From assembly GCA_965223295.1 (NCBI GenBank), contig CBDCWC010000003.1, positions 448,001-512,000 on the forward strand: DNA of 64,000 bases. Direction: 5' to 3'. Positions 8,276-19,206 of the stretch are shown piece by piece. The first letter of the stretch is position 1; each line of letters begins with the position of its first letter. A program made the translations under genes and the position numbers. The stretch comes from Nitrospirales bacterium. GTDB lineage: Bacteria; Nitrospirota; Nitrospiria; Nitrospirales; UBA8639. Under the pieces are notes generated by a model. The model saw only the letters and a list, made by a program, of their open reading frames with translations, was not told where the DNA came from and searched no databases.

Positions 8276-11200
8276 ATGAAAATTGCACGACGTTTTACGA
8301 AACTTGGCGAGAGCCCTTATCAGACCATTCCCTTTTCCACACGATCTTCGGAAATCAGAAATCCTGACGGATCAGCTGTCTTTAATCAGGACAATATTCT
8401 GGCTCCTGAACATTGGTCTCAATTGGCTATCGACATTTTAGCGCAAAAATATTTTCGTAAAGCCGGCGTGCCGCAATATGACGATGACGGTCAACCCCTC
8501 TTTAACGAGAAGGGCGGGCCCTTACTTGGAGGGGAACGTGATGCTCGCCAGGTCTTTCACCGCTTGGCAGGATGCTGGACCGAATGGGGGAAGAATCATC
8601 ATTACTTTGACTCTCCAGAAGATGCTCAGACCTTTAAGGATGAACTCAGCTACATGTTAGCGTGGCAAATGGCAGCCCCCAATTCTCCGCAATGGTTTAA
8701 TACCGGCTTGCATTTTGCCTATGGCTTATCCGGTCCCTCGCAAGGCCATTACTATGTGGACCCCAATACCCATCGGGTCAAGCAAGCACGCAATGCGTAT
8801 GAACGTCCGCAAGTGCATGCCTGTTTCATTCAATCTATTTCTGATGATTTGGTCAACGAAGGTGGGATTATGGACCTCTGGGTTCGTGAAGCCCGTCTGT
8901 TTAAATACGGCTCCGGAACCGGCACGAATTTCTCAAAGTTACGGGCTGATGGAGAGGCTTTATCCGGCGGCGGCCGTTCTTCCGGACTGATGTCGTTTCT
9001 CAAAATCGGGGATCGAGCGGCAGGCGCTATTAAATCGGGCGGGACGACAAGACGAGCGGCAAAAATGGTCTGTCTAGATCTGGATCACCCTGACATCGAA
9101 GAGTTTATTGATTGGAAGGTTGTAGAAGAACAAAAAGTCGCGGCCATGGTCACCGGCTCAAAGATTTGCGCGCAACATCTCAACACCGTGCTCAAGGCCT
9201 GCCATGCTTCCAAACCTGATGGCACCATGCAGCTCAACGTCAATCCAGCCGAAAATTCCGCCTTACAGGAGGCAATCAAAGCCGCCCGTGAGATGTCTGT
9301 GCCTGAAGCCTATATTCAACGCATGTTCAATTATGCCCAAGAAGGGTTCACCCATTTTGTCTTTCATGAATACGACACCAATTGGGATAGTAAAGCCTAC
9401 CAAACGGTCTCAGGGCAAAATTCCAATAACAGCATTCGGGTGCCCAATGAATTTTTTGTCGCGCTCAAATCTGGCGGCGATTGGACATTGACCCGTCGCA
9501 CAGATGGCAGTGTGTTCAAAACCATTCCTGCCAAGGACCTTTGGGACCGAATTTCATGGGCTGCTTGGATTTGTGCCGATCCCGGCATTCAATATGACAC
9601 GACCATCAATGAATGGCACACCTGCCCACAAGCTGGGCGGATTAACGCGTCAAATCCCTGCAGTGAATATATGTTCTTAGATGACACCGCATGTAATCTA
9701 GCATCTTTAAATCTCGGGCGGTTTCTGACGCCAGAGGGCCAATTCGATATTGAAGGATTTCGGCATGGCGTACGGTTATGGACAATTGTCTTAGAAATTA
9801 GCGTCTTAATGGCTGGATTCCCCAGTCGGGCCATCGCCGAAAAAAGCTTTTCTTTCCGCACACTCGGATTGGGCTATGCCAATCTTGGCTCAATTCTCAT
9901 GAAGTTAGGCATCTCCTATGACTCACCCGAAGCCTTAGCCTGGTGCGGCGCCATCACAGCCTTGATGACCGGGGAATCCTACGCCACCTCTGCAGAAATG
10001 GCCAAGGAACTTGGGCCTTTCAATGCCTATCCCCGTAATGCTGAATCTATGTTGCGAGTCATGCGGAACCATCAACGAGCCACGCACAATGTTGAACCAG
10101 ACGAGTATGAAGGACTCACCATTACCCCTCAAGGTATACCGCAAGATCAATGTCCACAAGACTTGCTGACAGCTGCGCAGAAATCCTGGGATCGGGCCCT
10201 TGAACTAGGGGAACAATATGGCTACCGCAATGCTCAATCAACGGTTATCGCACCAACTGGGACCATTGGCTTAGTCATGGACTGTGATACCACTGGTATC
10301 GAACCTGACTTTGCTCTCGTCAAATTCAAGAAACTTGCGGGCGGAGGGTATTTTAAAATTATCAACCAAAGCTTGCCGCCAGCCTTACGAAATCTGGGAT
10401 ATAGCTCCTCCGAGATTCAAGACATTATTACCTATGCCACCGGTACTCGTACGCTCAAGCAAGCGCCATTTATTAACCATGAAACTTTGCAAGCCAAAGG
10501 ATTTGACCGAACCATCCTGGAACATCTTGAAACAACATTGGACGGAGCCTTTGATATTCAATTTGTCTTTAATAAATGGACGTTGGGAGAAGACTTCTGT
10601 CGCAACACATTAGCACTCACCGACGCACAACTTGAAAATCCACAACTGAATATCCTTCAACATTTAGGCTTTACACAAGAGGAAATTCTGGCCGCCACAG
10701 ATTTTTGCTGCGGCACCATGACCGTGGAGGGCGCACCACATCTCAAACCGGAACATTTAGCGATCTTTGACTGTGCCAACCGATGCGGACGCATTGGGCA
10801 ACGGTATATTCTGCCTCAAGCTCATATTCGAATGATGGCCGCAGCCCAGCCATTTATCAGCGGGGCTATCAGCAAAACCATCAATATGCCAGCCGATGCG
10901 AGTGTGGATTCGGTCAAAGATGCATATCTCTCGTCATGGACTTCCATGTTAAAAGCCGTGGCCTTGTATCGTGACGGCTCCAAACTTAGTCAACCATTGA
11001 ATTCCGTAAGCGATTGGGGAGAGGCATCGGCTCAAGCCGAGCAAGTCCAATCTGTGGCGAAAGAGGCCGCCTCGCGTGTGCTTGTCCGTTATCTGGCAAA
11101 ACGACGCCCTCTTCCAACACGCCGTGGTGGCTATACGCAGAAAGCCATTGTTGGAGGACATAAGATTTATTTACGAACAGGCGAGTACGAAGACGGCACG

Positions 11201-11809
11201 CTTGGAGAAATTTTTCTGGACATGCACAAAGAAGGCGCCGCCTTCCGGAGTCTCATGAATTGTTTTGCCATCGCTATCTCCCTTGGTCTCCAGCATGGCG
11301 TCCCTCTTGAAGAATTCGTGGATGCCTTTCTGTTTACACGTTTTGAACCGAATGGACCGGTCAAACTCAACAACCATATCAAGATGTCCACGTCGATCAT
11401 CGATTACATTTTCCGTGAAATGGCCATTACCTATCTTGGCAGACATGACCTGGAACAAGTTGCCCCGGAAGACCTTCGGGTGGATGCCCTCAAGAAACAA
11501 ACAGACACGGAAGAAGGAGATGGAGAAGGTTTGGTAGACCCTCGTTCGTTGAGTTCAACCTCCATTAGTCCGGAAGTTTTTCCCTCTCGCCGATCATCCG
11601 AGAATGGAAAAGGAAAGAACGGTGGTCCGAGAAAAATCGCACGGAAAGTCGAAATGCAACGTGAAACCGTGACCGTTACTGAAGTTCAGGAAGCCCGGCA
11701 AAAAGGATACGAGGGCGATCCTTGTCAAGAATGCAAGCAATTTATGATGGTCCGCAATGGCATGTGCCTGAAGTGCGACAACTGTGGTGCCACCAATGGA
11801 TGCTCCTAA
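8276..11809 (+). CDS. nrdJ: Adenosylcobalamin-dependent (class II) ribonucleotide reductase
   Basis: [54 protein letters not shown]-terminal TSCPD-like region and CxxC..CxxC; start at ATG 8276 behind AAGGAG. Confidence 0.95.
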   Translation: MKIARRFTKLGESPYQTIPFSTRSSEIRNPDGSAVFNQDNILAPEHWSQLAIDILAQKYFRKAGVPQYDDDGQPLFNEKGGPLLGGERDARQVFHRLAGCWTEWGKNHHYFDSPEDAQTFKDELSYMLAWQMAAPNSPQWFNTGLHFAYGLSGPSQGHYYVDPNTHRVKQARNAYERPQVHACFIQSISDDLVNEGGIMDLWVREARLFKYGSGTGTNFSKLRADGEALSGGGRSSGLMSFLKIGDRAAGAIKSGGTTRRAAKMVCLDLDHPDIEEFIDWKVVEEQKVAAMVTGSKICAQHLNTVLKACHASKPDGTMQLNVNPAENSALQEAIKAAREMSVPEAYIQRMFNYAQEGFTHFVFHEYDTNWDSKAYQTVSGQNSNNSIRVPNEFFVALKSGGDWTLTRRTDGSVFKTIPAKDLWDRISWAAWICADPGIQYDTTINEWHTCPQAGRINASNPCSEYMFLDDTACNLASLNLGRFLTPEGQFDIEGFRHGVRLWTIVLEISVLMAGFPSRAIAEKSFSFRTLGLGYANLGSILMKLGISYDSPEALAWCGAITALMTGESYATSAEMAKELGPFNAYPRNAESMLRVMRNHQRATHNVEPDEYEGLTITPQGIPQDQCPQDLLTAAQKSWDRALELGEQYGYRNAQSTVIAPTGTIGLVMDCDTTGIEPDFALVKFKKLAGGGYFKIINQSLPPALRNLGYSSSEIQDIITYATGTRTLKQAPFINHETLQAKGFDRTILEHLETTLDGAFDIQFVFNKWTLGEDFCRNTLALTDAQLENPQLNILQHLGFTQEEILAATDFCCGTMTVEGAPHLKPEHLAIFDCANRCGRIGQRYILPQAHIRMMAAAQPFISGAISKTINMPADASVDSVKDAYLSSWTSMLKAVALYRDGSKLSQPLNSVSDWGEASAQAEQVQSVAKEAASRVLVRYLAKRRPLPTRRGGYTQKAIVGGHKIYLRTGEYEDGTLGEIFLDMHKEGAAFRSLMNCFAIAISLGLQHGVPLEEFVDAFLFTRFEPNGPVKLNNHIKMSTSIIDYIFREMAITYLGRHDLEQVAPEDLRVDALKKQTDTEEGDGEGLVDPRSLSSTSISPEVFPSRRSSENGKGKNGGPRKIARKVEMQRETVTVTEVQEARQKGYEGDPCQECKQFMMVRNGMCLKCDNCGATNGCS

Positions 11810-11810
11810 T

Positions 11811-12014
11811 GGGTCTGTTGAAAAAAGCCGCCAGCGGCGTTCTCGCCCTTGTTCCGTGCTCACGTCGTGCCAGGACGCTCCGCGCGCAAAAATGGCTGCG
11901 GCCTTCCCTTCGACAAGCTCAGGGCATGCTTTTTTGAACAGCCCTGATGCCTCTGACATGTGACGTCGTAGAGACGAAATGTGGCCATTGATATCATCAT
12001 TATTCAACAGTCCC
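11811..12014 (-). repeat. MITE-like element copy 2 (with nested CCCTTCGACAAGCTCAGG cassette)
   Basis: GGGTCTGTTGAAAAAA...TTATTCAACAGTCCC flanked by CTAAT on both sides; the left CTAAT contains the nrdJ stop codon. Confidence 0.92.
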
Positions 12015-12052
12015 CTAATTGAGTTTGCATTGACCCAGTAGCGAGCAACCTC

Positions 12053-12445
12053 GTGTCAACCTCAATCTCTCTAGACCATTCAAACGTCGCCAAAGACTGG
12101 CATGCTCGAGGATTTTCCTGCGGACTATGGATTGACCATGGCGGACGAGAATGGTCCTACCATGCTCATCAGTCGGATGAATTGTTTATGATACTATCCG
12201 GAGCATTAGAGTTGGAGGTAGGAGGACAATCTTTATCGCCTGCAGTTGGAAAAGAAATTCGTATCCCAGCAGGTGCTCCCTATATCATTCGAAATGTCGG
12301 TGAACACACTGCCCGCTGGCTTTACGGACAACCTCGCAAGTCGCAACAGGCATCGCATGCTCAGACCCCTAAGCGCACCATTTTGAAGAGAAAAAGAAAG
12401 GCCGAAAAGAGAACAACAGGCGTCAAAATACAAAACAACGTGTAA
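12053..12445 (+). CDS. Cupin-domain protein with basic C-terminal tail
   Basis: HAHQSDELFMILSGALELEV...IPAGAPY..RN cupin motifs. Confidence 0.75.
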   Translation: MSTSISLDHSNVAKDWHARGFSCGLWIDHGGREWSYHAHQSDELFMILSGALELEVGGQSLSPAVGKEIRIPAGAPYIIRNVGEHTARWLYGQPRKSQQASHAQTPKRTILKRKRKAEKRTTGVKIQNNV

Positions 12446-12475
12446 AATACATCTTGGCCCAAGCTTTCTCGTAAC

Positions 12476-13348
12476 TTACTTCTGTTCACCATCTTTCGCG
12501 CACCGAAATCCAGTTGTCAAATCTTGAAAGTCGACTTCGGCTTTCGAACGGGCCGTCACCCGTAAATTGACAGGTTGATCCTCCCACGACCCACCGCGTA
12601 ACACTTTAAAATCTCCTTCTGCCGGACCCTGAGGATTTTTCTTGGGGCTGTCCTCATAATAAAACCGATCATACCAATCATTGACCCATTCAGCGGCATT
12701 CCCCGCCATATGATAAAGCCCATAAAAACTTTTTCCACCTTGCTTGAGGCCATGTCGGATACTCATCCCCTTGGTCCCGCTGGTGACTGGAGAAAGCGTA
12801 ATAGGATAACTCACCCAGCCTGTCGTGCCCTGATTATAATTGGCAATATCCACGAAAGGTTGCATATGCCCCCAAGGATATCGCCGTCCGTCTGTTCCCC
12901 GTGCCGCTTTTTCCCATTCTGCTTCAGTGGGTAACCGTTTGCCGACCCACCGACAATATCGTATGGCATCATTCCACGTAATACCCACCGCAGGACGGTC
13001 ACCAACTTTCCCAGTGGCGGCGCCATCATCCCATAAGGGTGGAGGTTCAATACTGTAATCTTCGTCGAGTAATATTTGATACTCAGCCATCGTGACTTCA
13101 TACCGATCAATGAAATAGGCATCCAGCCATACCATATGCTCCGGACGCTCATTTCGTGAACCTTCGTTATCTCCCATTGTAAATTCTCCTTCAGGAATCA
13201 ACACCATGGTTCCTGGAGGCCCATCGACTGGCCCCTGATCAACTTCGCCTGATTCCGTGTACTTCCAATCCTCGGCTGACAACGAAACGACAGGTAGCCC
13301 AAATACACAGGCCACCACAATCACCCTCACAAAGAACTCTGGATTCAT
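12476..13348 (-). CDS. Exported formylglycine-generating-enzyme-like (SUMF1/FGE-sulfatase domain) protein
   Basis: Signal peptide; GEFTMG, IDRYEVT, RLPTEAEWEKAARG, MAGNAAEW, RGGSW, GFRC. Confidence 0.88.
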   Translation of the reverse strand: MNPEFFVRVIVVACVFGLPVVSLSAEDWKYTESGEVDQGPVDGPPGTMVLIPEGEFTMGDNEGSRNERPEHMVWLDAYFIDRYEVTMAEYQILLDEDYSIEPPPLWDDGAATGKVGDRPAVGITWNDAIRYCRWVGKRLPTEAEWEKAARGTDGRRYPWGHMQPFVDIANYNQGTTGWVSYPITLSPVTSGTKGMSIRHGLKQGGKSFYGLYHMAGNAAEWVNDWYDRFYYEDSPKKNPQGPAEGDFKVLRGGSWEDQPVNLRVTARSKAEVDFQDLTTGFRCAKDGEQK

Positions 13349-13482
13349 AAGGCCCTCACATGAATGAGATGAAAGAAATGTCTATTTTTTGTTTCTTCAC
13401 CTTATCGAAAGATAGCCGGCATTGGAAGAGCTCAAGACACATTTGCTTCATCTAGCCCATAGGATGATGGTCATGAAAATAG

Positions 13483-13512
13483 AGAAGCCGCTGAAAATAT
13501 TTCAGCGGCTTC
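13483..13512. terminator. Hairpin downstream of tRNA-Glu
   Basis: GAAGCCGCTGAAA-ATA-TTTCAGCGGCTTC perfect inverted repeat. Confidence 0.6.
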
Positions 13513-13518
13513 AAGATT

Positions 13519-13596
13519 TGGCGTCCCCAGCGGGATTTGAACCCGCGTTGCCGCCTTGAAAGGGCGGCGTCCTAGGCCAGGCTAGACGATAGGGAC
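13519..13596 (-). tRNA. tRNA-Glu (TTC)
   Basis: Reverse complement GTCCCTATCGTCTAGCCTGGCCTAGGACG-CCGCC-CTTTCAA-GGCGG...GGTTCAAATCCC...GGGACGCCA. Confidence 0.97.
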
Positions 13597-13674
13597 GGAT
13601 GAAACAAATTTCCCTATACTATTCAAAGGGTAACTTCCCACTGCTTTGCTACTGATGTGCAGTCAGAGAATATG

Positions 13675-13703
13675 ATTCTAACAACGAACAAAACATGGGT
13701 CAA
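13675..13703 (-). promoter_or_regulatory. Putative sigma70 promoter of tRNA-Glu
   Basis: TTGACC-17 nt-TAGAAT on the minus strand. Confidence 0.6.
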
Positions 13704-13857
13704 ACCAAGAACTTAGGTCATCTCATTTCACAATCTCGCTGAAAAATGAGTCCTTCTAACTCTATCAATTGAATGTGTAGAAGAAAGGAATATACAAATC
13801 ATTTACAACAAAATAGCACGACCCTACCCCATTGATTTGATGAATACTATTGAAAAT

Positions 13858-14285
13858 GGTGGAGGAGCGGGCCTGTAAGCCGGATTCTGTACCGATAGAG
13901 GCAAGCCTTATCGGCGGTGACCATTTCTCTAGAACCTAAGTTACCCTAGGCTTCAAGCAACCTACCCGGGAACCTTGGCCGGGCCGACCTCCCTCTCCGA
14001 GAGTGGGAAATGACTTTCACACTTCACGGAGATTCGTTCCCCTATTTGGTTTTGCTCCAGGTGACGCTTACCCTGCCGCTTATGTCACCACAAGCGCGGT
14101 GAGCTCTTACCCCACCATTTCACCCTTACCTGACTGAAGCCAAAGCCCCAGCCATCGGCGGTATCTTTTCTGTGGCGCTAGTGTCGGATTGCTCCGCCTG
14201 GGCGTTACCCAGCACCGTGCCCTATGGAGTCCGGACTTTCCTCTCACCTATGAATAGGTGAGCGGCCACCCGGCCCACTTCCACC
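13858..14285 (-). ncRNA. rnpB: RNase P RNA (bacterial type A)
   Basis: GAGGAAAGTCCGGACTCC near the 5' end, ACAGAATCCGGCTTA near the 3' end, AAGGGTGAAA..GTGG.GTAAGAGC, and a P1 helix between the termini. Confidence 0.95.
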
Positions 14286-14345
14286 ATCACCTATCGTAGG
14301 CCGAGAAGAAAATGAATGCAAGGGAATGATGAAGAGCACTAACCG

Positions 14346-15074
14346 CTAATCGAGCGTTTCCACTTCCAAATGATGGGCCATGAAGAGAAGACGATGGCAA
14401 TAGGAGCAGTCCATTAACTCATCGCCTCGCCGCACTTCCGCAACGAGTTGGGGAGGAAGTTGAAGCCGGCAACCACCACAGGCACCATCCTTGACTTCCG
14501 CCACGGCATAGCCTTTTCGCATGGTCTTTAAGCGGTTATAGCGGGCCAACAAGGGTTTTTCTACTGCATCTGCAACAGCTTGTTGCTGTCGCTCCAGATC
14601 AGTTAATTCGTTCGCAAGTTGGGAAAAGTGATTGTCTAAGCGGGCTTTTTCAGCTTCAAACAGGTTCTTGGCCTCAAGAGCTTGTTCCTCAAGCTCTTTC
14701 ACCGCTTTCTTGTTTTCCTCTACTCGCTCCATAGTCTCAATGACAGACTCCTCAATGGAATCCTTTTTCTTTCTGGCCTGTTCAATTTCAAAGAGATGCG
14801 CTTGATACTCTTTATTGGTTTTTAACTCAGAGAGTCGGCTCCGGACTTTATGTAGCACATCTTCCTGAGTCGCCAACTCGCGTTCAGCACTCCGTTGTTG
14901 TACGACAAGGGATTCTCCAGTGTTTTTCAACGTTTGGAGACGGGAAAGAATCTCCTGGAGGGGAGCCTCGACTGATTTGAGAAGCTCTGGGGCCTTTCGT
15001 TGGGAATCTTGAATCTGAAAAATTCGAAGATCAAACTTTTGAAGTTCAATAAGAAATTGCAGCTGCGAATTCAC
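14346..15074 (-). CDS. Coiled-coil protein with C4-type zinc ribbon (DUF164/CT398-like)
   Basis: Long coiled coil with NKEYQA..EI and C-terminal CGGC...CSYCHRLL; start reset to GTG 15074 behind GAGGA because the longer ORF overlaps the tRNA. Confidence 0.85.
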   Translation of the reverse strand: MNSQLQFLIELQKFDLRIFQIQDSQRKAPELLKSVEAPLQEILSRLQTLKNTGESLVVQQRSAERELATQEDVLHKVRSRLSELKTNKEYQAHLFEIEQARKKKDSIEESVIETMERVEENKKAVKELEEQALEAKNLFEAEKARLDNHFSQLANELTDLERQQQAVADAVEKPLLARYNRLKTMRKGYAVAEVKDGACGGCRLQLPPQLVAEVRRGDELMDCSYCHRLLFMAHHLEVETLD

Positions 15075-15136
15075 AAAGTCCTCAACATTAATACAGCCTA
15101 ACCACTCTCTTCGCGTTTCACATCGGGCCGCTTTCT

Positions 15137-15213
15137 TGGTGGGCCCACCAGGACTTGAACCTGGGACCAACTGATTATGAGTCAGTCGCTCTAACCAACT
15201 GAGCTATGGGCCC
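15137..15213 (-). tRNA. tRNA with CAT anticodon, probably tRNA-Ile2 (lysidine)
   Basis: Reverse complement GGGCCCATAGCTCAGTTGGTTAGAGCG-ACTGA-CTCATAA-TCAGT...GGGCCCACCA; paired G1-C72 and no GGG/CCC anticodon stem rule out the initiator tRNA; Ile2 versus elongator Met is inferred. Confidence 0.9.
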
Positions 15214-15307
15214 AAACCTCAGAACCGCATACCATACCTTTTACCATAGATTGGCTCATAGGAAAAATACCTTTTCCACTTTTCTTTCGTCCTGGCCGGA
15301 AATATCT

Positions 15308-17125
15308 TTAGGACGCCATGAATCCAGCTTTTTGGTTTCGAATCTCATGAATGTGAAGGTTCAACGCATCGACATCTTCATGACGTCCTTCTCGTTCTGC
15401 GGCTTTCATTTGCCCGATTAAGTCATTCAACTGCCGTTGAAGATGTTTATTCCTCAGAATACGAAGGCAACCTTCCGCATGGGCATAGGTATCTTCAAGA
15501 TATAAATCTTCTACGCTTAACTGTGCCACCACTGCCTCATAGTCTTGTTTCAAAGCCTCCCGAAATCCTTGGAGCGCAACCTGGCCTGTCTCGTCACGAT
15601 AGGCGAGAATTTGCTTCAAGAGCTGACGATACACTGGAACCGTCAAGACTTCCGCATCTAATTGCAGGACATGCGAAGCCTCTAAACGCTCCTGCAGTAA
15701 TAATATAATTAAATCTCGTTCTTCTCGTTTCCCAGATGGTAAAGAAAGGGACGGAACAGGCTCAGGCTGTGTGGTTGTGGGCCGGGTAGAAGCCGCAGGA
15801 GCTCGCAATGTGGAAAGACGCTTTCTTAGCAAATCCTGTCGAATCCCTAGGCGTTCGGAGACAACTTTTAGATACTCGTCTTTCTCAAGCGGGTTTTTAG
15901 TCTTTTGAAGAATGGCTAGGACCTCATCCGCACATTTCACTCGATCCTGAATAGAATGTTTTGGGGCCTCATTCAGGACCGAGGTCACCACGAAATCTAA
16001 AAGGGTCGCCGCCTGGCCTTCTAACTCCCGAAAACCTTCGACACCATTTGCTCGAATAAATGTATCAGGGTCCTCCCCTACGGGTAACACCAACACACGC
16101 ACATCCATGCCTGAATTCATAAATAAATCTAAAGTCCGCAACGCTGCCTTAACCCCGGCCGCATCCCCGTCAAACACCAGAGTGACTGACGACGCAAACC
16201 GCCTCAACACCTGCACGTGATTGGCTGTGAGTGCAGTTCCCAAAGGTGCCACAACATTCGTGATGCCATACTCATGCAATGCAATCACATCAAAATACCC
16301 TTCAACCAAATAAAACCGCCCCTCTGCCATGGCGGACTGTCTAGCCTTATCCAAAGCATAGAGTGAACGCCCCTTGAAAAATTGATCGGTTTCAGGGGAA
16401 TTTAGATATTTGGGGGTGGCTTCATCCTCCATGACTCGACCGCCAAAAGCCACCACATGCCCTCTAATATCCGCAATCGGGAGTACGACGCGATTTCGAA
16501 ATCGGTCATAAGTTGAAGCACCTCTTGTTCCTTCTTTTTCTTTTCTGACTACTAAGCCTGCATGCACTAGTTCTTCGACCCGGACTGACTGTTTCTCCAT
16601 CCATCGGGATAACCCGTTCCAGCTTCCTGGCGCATATCCCAATTGAAACGTGGTCCAAGATTGGCGGGAAATGCCCCGTTGATCCAAATAGTTCCTGGCT
16701 CCTTGGGCCTCTGCGGCTTCTTGAAGATTGTCGTGGTACCAAGAGGCCGCCAACTGATAGAGCTGAAAATATCGCTCACGAGGCAACCCTGATTCCGAGC
16801 GAGAAAAAGATTGACGGCGTTCTGGGAGAGTGACACCCGCACGCTGAGCCAACTCTTGAAGGGCTTCCACAAATTCCATATTGTCCTGCTTCATGAGAAA
16901 CGTAAAGACATCTCCTCCGGCTTGACAGCCAAAACAATGAAAAAATTGACTCCCGGGATTGACGGAAAAGGATGGAGATTTTTCAGAATGGAAAGGGCAA
17001 AGGCCCTTATAATTTTGACCCGTTTTGGAAAGACTCACGTAGGAGGAAATCACATCGACAATATCGATACGTTCCCGAATCTGCTGGATGATTTCTGAAG
17101 GAACGCCTCGTTTGTCACTTGCCAT
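15308..17125 (-). CDS. dnaG: DNA primase
   Basis: CPFHSEKSPSF..CFGC zinc finger, YDRFRNR, KYLNSPET, Toprim VEGYFD / FDGDAAG. Confidence 0.96.
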   Translation of the reverse strand: MASDKRGVPSEIIQQIRERIDIVDVISSYVSLSKTGQNYKGLCPFHSEKSPSFSVNPGSQFFHCFGCQAGGDVFTFLMKQDNMEFVEALQELAQRAGVTLPERRQSFSRSESGLPRERYFQLYQLAASWYHDNLQEAAEAQGARNYLDQRGISRQSWTTFQLGYAPGSWNGLSRWMEKQSVRVEELVHAGLVVRKEKEGTRGASTYDRFRNRVVLPIADIRGHVVAFGGRVMEDEATPKYLNSPETDQFFKGRSLYALDKARQSAMAEGRFYLVEGYFDVIALHEYGITNVVAPLGTALTANHVQVLRRFASSVTLVFDGDAAGVKAALRTLDLFMNSGMDVRVLVLPVGEDPDTFIRANGVEGFRELEGQAATLLDFVVTSVLNEAPKHSIQDRVKCADEVLAILQKTKNPLEKDEYLKVVSERLGIRQDLLRKRLSTLRAPAASTRPTTTQPEPVPSLSLPSGKREERDLIILLLQERLEASHVLQLDAEVLTVPVYRQLLKQILAYRDETGQVALQGFREALKQDYEAVVAQLSVEDLYLEDTYAHAEGCLRILRNKHLQRQLNDLIGQMKAAEREGRHEDVDALNLHIHEIRNQKAGFMAS

Positions 17126-17174
17126 CTCAAGACCCTCAATGGGCAGAAAAACTGTAGGCTCTCATTGTGAAAAA

Positions 17175-17365
17175 GGCACTGTTGAATAATTCAATTTCAA
17201 GCGACAAAAAGGCCTTCAGAGCAATGGTGCCTTCAATTATGACGGGAATGGTCAAAAAAGTTCGTCCAACAAGGCCGCAGCCATTCTTGCGCGCGGAGCG
17301 TCCTGGCATGACGTAAGCACGGGAAAATGGCGAGAACGGCGCTGGCGGATTTTTTCAACATTCCC
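17175..17365 (+). repeat. MITE-like element copy 3 (variant left module)
   Basis: GGCACTGTTGAATAATTCAATTTCAAG...GGGAATGGTCAAAAAA...TTTTCAACATTCCC; flanks AAAAA / ATAAA (4 of 5 match). Confidence 0.88.
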
Positions 17366-17372
17366 ATAAAGA

Positions 17373-17717
17373 TTATCCTGGCGGCCATGTAAAAGATCGC
17401 CCACCAAGGACATGCCAGTGAAGGTGAAACACTGTCTGCCCCGCTCCTCGCCCCGTATTTGCGACCACACGATATCCACCTTCCACAAGACCTTTGTCCT
17501 TCGCCATTGTGGAACAGACCACAATAAGCCGTCCCAATAACGCAGCATCCGAATCTTGTATGTCAGCTAATGAGACAATATGCCGTTTAGGTATCACTAA
17601 GACATGGACTTTGGCCTGCGGGTTAACATCATCAAAGGCCACCACATCATCATCTTCATAAATTTTTTTCGTAGGAATGGTCCCCTGAACAATTTGACAA
17701 AAAATACAATCAGCCAT
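17373..17717 (-). CDS. Histidine triad (HIT) nucleotide-binding protein
   Basis: DCIFC, NPQAKVHVLVIPK, GQTVFHLHWHVLGGR. Confidence 0.92.
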   Translation of the reverse strand: MADCIFCQIVQGTIPTKKIYEDDDVVAFDDVNPQAKVHVLVIPKRHIVSLADIQDSDAALLGRLIVVCSTMAKDKGLVEGGYRVVANTGRGAGQTVFHLHWHVLGGRSFTWPPG

Positions 17718-18402
17718 GTGACGCCTCACTGTTCATAGCTCGAATACCCGATTTCCCAAACCGCTTCCCAAGTTCTTGATAGATTTCTGTTGGAGGAATT
17801 CCATAATGCCCAAGCATGACTAAAGAATGAAACCAAAGATCCGCCATTTCATAGACAATCTCTTCACGATTCGAGTTTTTCCCGGCCAGTACGACTTCGC
17901 CAGCTTCTTCGACGACTTTTTTTAATATCCGATCAACATCCCCTTGCAGCAATGTCGACATATAGGAATCGGAACTGGGATGGGCCTTTCGATGCATGAC
18001 GGTTTCATACAGCCGTTGGAGAATCCCGCCCCATGCTGTACCAGAAGGTATGGGCAGACCCTGATCCGATGTTCCCGGCATGGGCGTAAAAAAACAGGAT
18101 CGAGTCCCCGTATGACACGTCGGTCCAATCGGCTGAGCTTTCACCAACACGGTGTCTTGGTCACAATCAAGAAAGACTTCCTTGAGTAAGAGTTCATGAC
18201 CTGACGTCTCCCCTTTCTTCCATATCTGCTGCCGCGAACGGCTCCAAAAATGCACTCGTTGAGACACCTGGGTCTTTTCCCAAGCTTCCTGGTTCATAAA
18301 ACCCAGCATTAACACCGTTCCGTCTAACCAATCCTGGACGACACAAGGCAAGAGGCCCTGAGCATCAAATTGTAAGGTTTGTGATTCTGGCGTTTCACTC
18401 AT
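17710..18402 (-). CDS. hisIE: Bifunctional phosphoribosyl-AMP cyclohydrolase / phosphoribosyl-ATP diphosphatase
   Basis: WSRSRQ..W.KGETSG, DCDQD, CHTG..SCF, KKVVEEAGE. Confidence 0.94.
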   Translation of the reverse strand: MSETPESQTLQFDAQGLLPCVVQDWLDGTVLMLGFMNQEAWEKTQVSQRVHFWSRSRQQIWKKGETSGHELLLKEVFLDCDQDTVLVKAQPIGPTCHTGTRSCFFTPMPGTSDQGLPIPSGTAWGGILQRLYETVMHRKAHPSSDSYMSTLLQGDVDRILKKVVEEAGEVVLAGKNSNREEIVYEMADLWFHSLVMLGHYGIPPTEIYQELGKRFGKSGIRAMNSEASHG

Positions 18403-18408
18403 CTGCTT

Positions 18409-19206
18409 CTACCCAATGGAGACAGGAACGGTTGCTGGACGCATGGGAATACCTCGTTCAGTTAAAAAAGATTTAGCTTGGCTAATTGAATAGGTTTGAA
18501 AATGGAAAATGGATGCAGCTAACACGGCATCAGCTTTCCCCACGGCAAAGGCTTCATAGAGATGCTGAAGGGTCCCAGCTCCGCCCGAAGCAATCACAGG
18601 GATCGTGACCGCATCAGAGATGGCCGCCGTGAGAGGTAGATCATAACCATCTTTAGTCCCATCTTGATCCATACTGGTGAGCAAAATTTCTCCTGCTCCA
18701 CATTCCATCATTCGTTGAGCCCAACGTACCGCATCCAAACCGGTAGCCTTGCGCCCTCCATGTGTGAAAACTTCCCATTCTTGAACGTCCCCTTCACAAC
18801 TAGTCATTCGCTTCGCATCAATGGCCACGACAATACATTGCGAACCAAATCGACCAGCTGCAGCTTTGACGAATTCAGGCTCTTGAACGGCTGCCGTATT
18901 AATACTGACCTTATCCGCACCCGCTTCCAGCAATCGACGGATATCTTCTAATGTGCGAATCCCTCCGCCAACTGTCAAGGGCATAAACACTTGCTCGGCG
19001 GTTCGCACCACCACATCTAAAATCGTATCCCGCTTTTCATGCGAGGCCGTAATGTCCAGAAAGCAGAGTTCATCTGCCCCTTCCCGATCATAGACCTGTG
19101 CCACATGAACAGGATCACCCGCATCACGCAGATTTACAAAGGAGACGCCCTTCACCACCCGCCCATCCTTCACATCCAGACAGGGAATGATACGCTTGGT
19201 CAACAC
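18409..19206 (-). CDS. hisF: Imidazole glycerol phosphate synthase cyclase subunit
   Basis: [31 protein letters not shown]. Confidence 0.96.
   Translation of the reverse strand: MLTKRIIPCLDVKDGRVVKGVSFVNLRDAGDPVHVAQVYDREGADELCFLDITASHEKRDTILDVVVRTAEQVFMPLTVGGGIRTLEDIRRLLEAGADKVSINTAAVQEPEFVKAAAGRFGSQCIVVAIDAKRMTSCEGDVQEWEVFTHGGRKATGLDAVRWAQRMMECGAGEILLTSMDQDGTKDGYDLPLTAAISDAVTIPVIASGGAGTLQHLYEAFAVGKADAVLAASIFHFQTYSISQAKSFLTERGIPMRPATVPVSIG

Noticed and set aside
8276-11809. Intein or intron in nrdJ
   Set aside because: The catalytic NPCSE region and other motifs are contiguous, with no splice-junction or homing-endonuclease motifs
15075-15170. N-terminal extension of the zinc-ribbon ORF given by the ORF track
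   Set aside because: It overlaps the tRNA; a GTG with RBS at 15074 is the better start
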